A stretch of 49,290 bases of DNA from Neoechinorhynchus agilis (Eukaryota; Animalia; Acanthocephala): assembly GCA_051530055.1 (NCBI GenBank), contig JBMGUZ010000015.1, forward strand, positions 1 through 49,290, given 5' to 3'. Below the pieces are notes generated by a model. The model made no database searches and was not told where the DNA came from. It was given only the letters and a program-made list of their open reading frames with translations. Every line of letters starts with the position of its first letter. The first letter of the stretch is position 1. A program made the position numbers and the translations under genes. Of this stretch, positions 42,605 to 49,290 are shown piece by piece.

Positions 42605-45600
42605 TGTCCCCGATTTCGCCTCCTGTTCGGTATTCACCCCATCCGAAAGTTCTGCGAATCATTGTTTCGGATTGGCTTGTCTCACAATTTCGTCTCTTGT
42701 TATGTTTTCGACCTTTTTGTTACTTCCATTAAATTCTGAAGATTAAATCGGTTGACTCCGATTTATCCCTTTGTTCGTTTTTAGCACTATCTGTAATTTC
42801 TGGAAAAACTTCCGGGAATTCGGTAGCTTTACCTCCGGTTGTCTAATAATTTTGTCTCTGATTCGGTTTTCGCACTTTTTACAACTTCCTTTAAATTCTC
42901 TAGATTAAATTTCGATTGACCCCGATTTCTCCCACTATCTGTAATTTATCGAAAAACCATATGAATTCTACAGCTTTAGCTAAGGTTGTCGCACAATTTT
43001 GCCTCTCGTTCAGTTTTAGCACTTTTTGTAACTTCCCTTAAATTCTCAGGAATAAACTTCGGTTGACTCCGATTTCTCCCTTTGTTCGGTTTTAGCACTA
43101 TCTGTAATTTCTGGAAAAACCTCGGGGATTCGGTAGCTTTAGCCCCGGTTATCTAATAATTTCGTCTCTGATTCGGTTTTCGCACTTTTTACAACTTCCT
43201 TTAAATTCTGATGATTAAACTTCGATTGACTCCGATTTCTCCTTTGTTCGGTTTTAGCACTATTTGTAATTTCTGGAAAAACCATAGGAATTCTGTAGCT
43301 TTAGCTAAGGTTCTCTAACAATTTCGTCTCTTGTTCAGTTTTAGCACTATTTATAACTACCCCTAAATTCTGATGATTAAACTTCGATTGACTCCGATTT
43401 CTCCCTTGTTCGGTTTTAGCACTATTTGTAATTTCTGGAAAAACCTTAGCAATTCTGTAGCTTTAGCTAAGGTTCTCTAACAATTTCGTCTCTTGTTCAG
43501 TTTTCGCACTATTTATAACGACCCCTAAATTCTGATGATTAAACTTCGATTGACTCCGATTTCTCCCTTTGTTCGGTTTTAGCACTATTTGTAATTTCTG
43601 GAAAAACCTTAGGAATTCTGTAGATTTAGCTAAGGTTCTCTAACAATTTCGTCTCTTGTTCAGTTTTCGCACTATTTATAACGACCCCTAAATTCTGATG
43701 ATTAAACTTCGATTGACTCCGATTTCTCCCTTTGTTCGGTTTTAGCACTATTTGTAATTTCTGGAAAAACCATAGGAATTCTGTAGCTTTAGCTAAGGTT
43801 CTCTAACAATTTCGTCTCTTGTTCAGTTTTAGCACTATTTATAACTACCCCTAAATTCTGATGATTAAACTTCGATTGACTCCGATTTCTCCCTTTGTTC
43901 GGTTTTAGCACTATTTGTAATTTCTGGAAAAACCTTAGGAATTCTGTAGCATTAGCTAAGGTTCTCTAACAAATTCGTCTCTTGTTCAGTTTTCGCACTA
44001 TTTATAACTACCCCTAAATTCTGATGATTAAACTTCGATTGACTCCGATTTCTCCCTTTGTTCGGTTTTAGCACTATTTGTAATTTCTGGAAAAACCTTA
44101 GGAATTCTGTAGATTTAGCAAAGGTTCTCTAACAATTTCGTCTCTTGTTCAGTTTTCGCACTATTTATAACTACCCCTAAATTCTGATGATTAAACTTCG
44201 ATTGACTCCGATTTCTCCCTTGTTCGGTTTTAGCACTATTTGTAATTTCTGGAAAAACCTTAGCAATTCTGTAGCTTTAGCTAAGGTTCTCTAACAATTT
44301 CGTCTCTTGTTCAGTTTTCGCACTATTTATAACTACCCCTAAATTCTGATGATTAAACTTCGATTGATTCCGATTTCTCCCTATGTTCGGTTTTAGCACT
44401 ATTTGTAATTTCTGGAAAAACCTTAGGAATTCTGTAGATTTAGCTAAGGTTCTCTAACAATTTCGTCTCTTATTCAGTTTTCGCACTATTTATAACTACC
44501 CCTAAATTCTGATGATTAAACTTCGATTGACTCCGATTTCTCCCTTTGTTCGGTTTTAGCACTATTTGTAATTTCTGGAAAAACCTTAGGAATTCTGTAG
44601 CTTTAGCCCCGGTTATCTAACAATTTCGTCTCTTATTCAGTTTTCGCGCCTTTTACAACTTCCTTTAAATTCTCAAGATTAAACTTCGATTAACTCCGAT
44701 TTCTCCCTTTGTTCGGTTTTAGCATTATCTGTAATTTCTGGAAAAACTTCTAGGAATTCGGTAGTTTTATCTTCGGTTTTCTAACAATTTCGTCTCTTAT
44801 TCAATTTTCGCGCTATTTACAACTTCCTTTAAATTCTGATGATTAAACTTCGATTGACTCCGATTTCTCCCTTTGTTCGGTTTTAGCATTATCTGTAATT
44901 TCTGGAATAACTTCTAATAATTCTTTAGCTTTAGCTATGGTTTTCTAACAATTTCGTCTCTTATTCAATTTTCGCGCTATTTACAACTTCCTTTAAATTC
45001 TGATGATTAAACTTCGATTGACTCCGATTTCTCCCTTTGTTCGGTTTTAGCATTATCTGTAATTTCTGGAATAACTTCTAATAATTCTTTAGCTTTAGCT
45101 ATGGTTTTCTAACAATTTCGTCTCTTATTCAATTTTCGCGCTATTTACAACTTCCTTTAAATTCTGATGATTAAACTTCGATTGACTCCGATTTCTCCCT
45201 TTGTTCGGTTTTAGCACTATTTGTAATTTCTGGAAAAACCTTAGGAATTCTGTAGATTTAGCAAAGGTTCTCAAACAATTTCGTCTCTTGTTCAGTTTTC
45301 GCACTATTTATAACTACCCCTAAATTCCGATGATTAAACTTCGATTGACTCCGATTTCTCCCTTTGTTCGGTTTTAGCACTATTTTTAATTTCTGGAAAA
45401 ACCTGGAATTCTGTAGATTTAGTTAAGGTTCTCTAACAATTTCGTCTCTTGTTCAGTTTTCGCACTATTTATAACTACCCCTAAATTCTGATGATTAAAC
45501 TTCGATTGACTCCGATTTCTCCCTTTGTTCGGTTTTAGCACTATTTGTAATTTCTGGAAAAACCTTAGGAATTCTGTAGATTTAGCTAAGGTTCTCTAAC

Positions 45601-48600
45601 AATTTCGTCTCTTGTTCAGTTTTCGCACTATTTATAACTACCCCTAAATTCTGATGATTAAACTTCGATTGACTCCGATTTCTCCCTTTGTTCGGTTTTG
45701 GCACTATTTGTAATTTCTGGAAAAACCTTAGGAATTCTGTAGATTTAGCTAAGGTTCTCTAACAATTTCGTCTCTTGTTCAGTTTTCGCACTATTTATAA
45801 CTACCCCTAAATTCTGATGATTAAACTTCGATTGGCTCCGATTTCTAACTTTGTTCGGTTTTAGCACTATTTGTAATTTCTGGAAAAACCTTAGGAATTC
45901 TGTAGATTTAGCTAAGGTTCTCTAACAATTTCGTCTCTTGTTCAGTTTTCGCACTATTTATAACTACCCCTAAATTCTGATGATTAGCTTCGATTGGCTC
46001 CGATTTCTAACTTTGTTCGGTTTTACACTATTTGTAATTTCTGGAAAAACCTTAGGAATTCTGTAGATTTAGCTAAGGTTCTCCTTTATTTCGTCTCTTG
46101 TTCAGTTTTCACTATTTATAACTACCCTAAATTCTGATGATTAAACTTCGATTGACTCCGATTTCTCCCTTTGTTCGGTTTTAGCACTATTTTTAATTTC
46201 TGGAAAAACCTTAGGAATTCTGTAGATTTAGCTAAGGTTCTCTAACAATTTCGTCTCTTGTTCAGTTTTCGCACTATTTATAACTACCCCTAAATTCTGA
46301 TGATTAAACTTCGATTGACTCCGATTTCTCCCTTTGTTCGGTTTTAGCACTATTTATAATTTCTGGAAAAACCTTAGGAATTCTGTAGATTTAGCTAAGG
46401 TTCTCTAACAATTTCGTCTCTTGTTCAGTTTTCGCACTATTTATAACTACCCCTAAATTCTGATGATTAAACTTCGATTGACTCCGATTTCTCCCTTTGT
46501 TCGGTTTTAGCACTATTTGTAATTTCTGGAAAAACCTTAGGAATTCTGTAGCATTAGCTAAGATTCTCCTACAATTTCGTCTCTTGTTCAGTTTTCGCAC
46601 TATTTATAACTACCCCTAAATTCTGATGATTAAACTTCGATTGATTCCGATTTCTCCCTTTGTTCGGTTTTAGCACTATTTGTAATTTCATGAAAAACCT
46701 TAGGAATTCTGTAGATTTAGCTAAGGTTCTCTAACAATTTCGTCTCTTGTTCAGTTTTCGCACTATTTATAACTACCCTAAATTCTGATGATTAAACTTC
46801 GATTGTCCGATTTCTCCCTTTGTTCGGTTTTAGCACTATTTGTAATTTCTGGAAAAACCTTAGGAATTCTGTAGATTTAGCAAAGGTTCTCAAACAATTT
46901 CGTCTCTTGTTCAGTTTTCGCACTATTTATAACTACCCCTAAATTCTGATGATTAAACTTCGATTGGCTCCGATTTCTCCCTTTGTTCGGTTTTAGCACT
47001 ATTTGTAATTTCTGGAAAAACCTTAGGAATTCTGTAGATTTAGCCAAGGTTCTCTAACAATTTCGTCTCTTGTTCAGTTTTCGCACTATTTATAACTACC
47101 CCTAAATTCTGATGATTAAACTTCGATTGGCTCCGATTTCTCCCTTTGTTCGGTTTTAGCACTATTTGTAATTTCTGGAAAAACCTTAGGAATTCTGTAG
47201 ATTTAGCTAAGGTTCTCTATCAATTTCGTCTCTTGTTCAGTTTTCGCACTATTTATAACTACCCCTAAATTCTGATGATTAAACTTCGATTGACTCCGAT
47301 TTCTCCCTTTGTTCGGTTTTAGCACTATTTGTAATTTCTGGAAAAACCTTAGGAATTCTGTAGCTTTAGCTAAGATTCTCTAACAATTTCGTCTCTTGTT
47401 CAGTTTTCGCACTATTTATAACTACCCCTAAATTCTGATGATTAAACTTCGATTGACTCCGATTTCTCCCTTTGTTCGGTTTTAGCACTATTTGTAATTT
47501 CTGGAAAAATCTTAGGAATTCTGTAGATTTAGCTAAGGTTCTCTAACAAATTCGTCTCTTGTTCAGTTTTCGCACTATTTATAACTACCCCTAAATTCTG
47601 ATGATTAAACTTCGATTGGCTCCGATTTCTCCCTTTGTTCGGTTTTAGCACTATTTGTAATTTCTGGAAAAACCTTAGCAATTCTGTAGCTTTAGCTAAG
47701 GTTCTCTAACAATTTCGTCTCTTGTTCAGTTTTCGCACTATTTATAACTACCCCTAAATTCTGATGATTAAACTTCGATTGGCTCCGATTTCTCCCTTTG
47801 TTCGGTTTTAGCACTATTTGTAATTTCTGGAAAAACCTTGAGAATTCTGTAGATTTAGCTAGGTTCTCTAACAATTTCGTCTCTTGTTCAGTTTTCGCAC
47901 TATTTATAACTACCCCTAAATTCTGATGATTAAACTTCGATTGACTCCGATTTCTCCCTTTGTTCGGTTTAGCACTATTTGTAATTTCTGGAAAAACCTT
48001 AGGAATTCTGTTTCTGTAGATTTAGCTAAGGTTCTCTAACAATTTCGTCTCTTGTTCAGTTTTCGCACTATTTATAACTACCCCTAAATTCTGATGATTA
48101 AACTTCGATTGACTCCGATTTCTCCCTTTGTTCGGTTTTAGCACTATTTGTAATTTCTGGAAAAACCTTAGGAATTCTGTAGATTTAGCTAAGGTTCTCT
48201 AACAATTTCGTCTCTTGTTCAGTTTTCGCACTATTTATAACTACCCCTAAATTCTGATGATTAAACTTCGATTGACTCCGATTTCTCCCTTTGTTCGGTT
48301 TTAGCACTATTTGTAATTTCTGGAAAAACCTTAGGAATTCTGTAGATTTAGCTAAGGTTCTCTAACAATTTCGTCTCTTGTTCAGTTTTCGCACTATTTA
48401 TAACTACCCCTAAATTCTGATGATTAAACTTCGATTGACTCCGATTTCTCCCTTTGTTCGGTTTTAGCACTATTTGTAATTTCTGGAAAAACCTTAGGAA
48501 TTCTGTAGATTTAGCTAAGGTTCTCTAACAATTTCGTCTCTTGTTCAGTTTTCGCACTATTTATAACTACCCCTAAATTCTGATGATTAAACTTCGATTG

Positions 48601-49290
48601 ACTCCGATTTCTCCCTTTGTTCGGTTTTAGCACTATTTGTAATTTCTGGAAAAACCTTAGGAATTCTGTAGATTTAGCTAAGGTTCTCTAACAATTTCGT
48701 CTCTTGTTCAGTTTTCGCACTATTTATAACTACCCCTAAATTCTGATGATTAAACTTCGATTGACTCCGATTTCTCCCTTTGTTCGGTTTTAGCACTATT
48801 TGTAATTTCTGGAAAAACCTTAGGAATTCTGTAGATTTAGCTAAGGTTCTCTAACAATTTCGTCTCTTGTTCAGTTTTCGCACTATTTATAACTACCCCT
48901 AAATTCTGATGATTAAACTTCGATTGACTCCGATTTCTCCCTTTGTTCGGTTTTAGCACTATTTGTAATTTCTGGAAAAACCTTAGGAATTCTGTAGATT
49001 TAGCTAAGGTTCTCTAACAATTTCGTCTCTTGTTCAGTTTTCGCACTATTTATAACTACCCCTAAATTCTGATGATTAAACTTCGATTGACTCCGATTTC
49101 TCCCTTTGTTCGGTTTTAGCACTATTTGTAATTTCTGGAAAAACCTTAGGAATTCTGTAGATTTAGCTAAGGTTCTCTAACAATTTCGTCTCTTGTTCAG
49201 TTTTCGCACTATTTATAACTACCCCTAAATTCTGATGATTAAACTTCGATTGACTCCGATTTCTCCCTTTGTTCGGTTTTAGCACTATTT
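42605..49290 (+). repeat. SatC tandem array, 163-bp monomer (87+76 bp related halves), ~40 copies, continues past window end
   Basis: ctgatgattaaacttcg at 48417, 48580 and 48743 (period 163); degenerate left edge, homogeneous right end. Confidence 0.97.

Noticed and set aside
46391-47874. Minus-strand ORFs in SatC
   Set aside because: 163 is not a multiple of 3; these ORFs appear only where point changes remove stops.
42605-49290. CTGATGA in every SatC monomer as a hammerhead core or C/D box
   Set aside because: No stem II followed by GAAA, and no terminal stem or box spacing typical of a snoRNA.

Overview
AT-rich, repeat-dominated metazoan genomic DNA; no finer taxonomy is supportable. It is built from three satellites (251 bp SatA, ~206 bp SatB, 163 bp SatC) and an amplified ~7.3 kb multi-gene module. 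The module occurs as a minus copy (3027-10319), a plus copy (26846-34180), a partial tandem copy (35267-37808) and an old, partly converted relic (41410-42600). Each intact copy is headed by whole SatA monomers with LTR-like TG...CA ends. It carries an intact 540-aa ORF with a PYM/Mago-binding-like N-terminal motif, a probably spliced gene with a duplicated helical domain, and dead RTE-type RT and CR1/L2-type endonuclease fragments. The 15.8 kb spacer between the inverted copies holds Ku70 (5 exons, one junction not GT-AG), an intronless lamin truncated before its tail domain, AK6 split by an 856-bp direct-repeat-flanked insert, and several CRE-like retrotransposon relics. Two decayed Penelope-like elements and two type-I hammerhead ribozyme motifs are also present. 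All family calls come from motif recognition by eye, without database searches.
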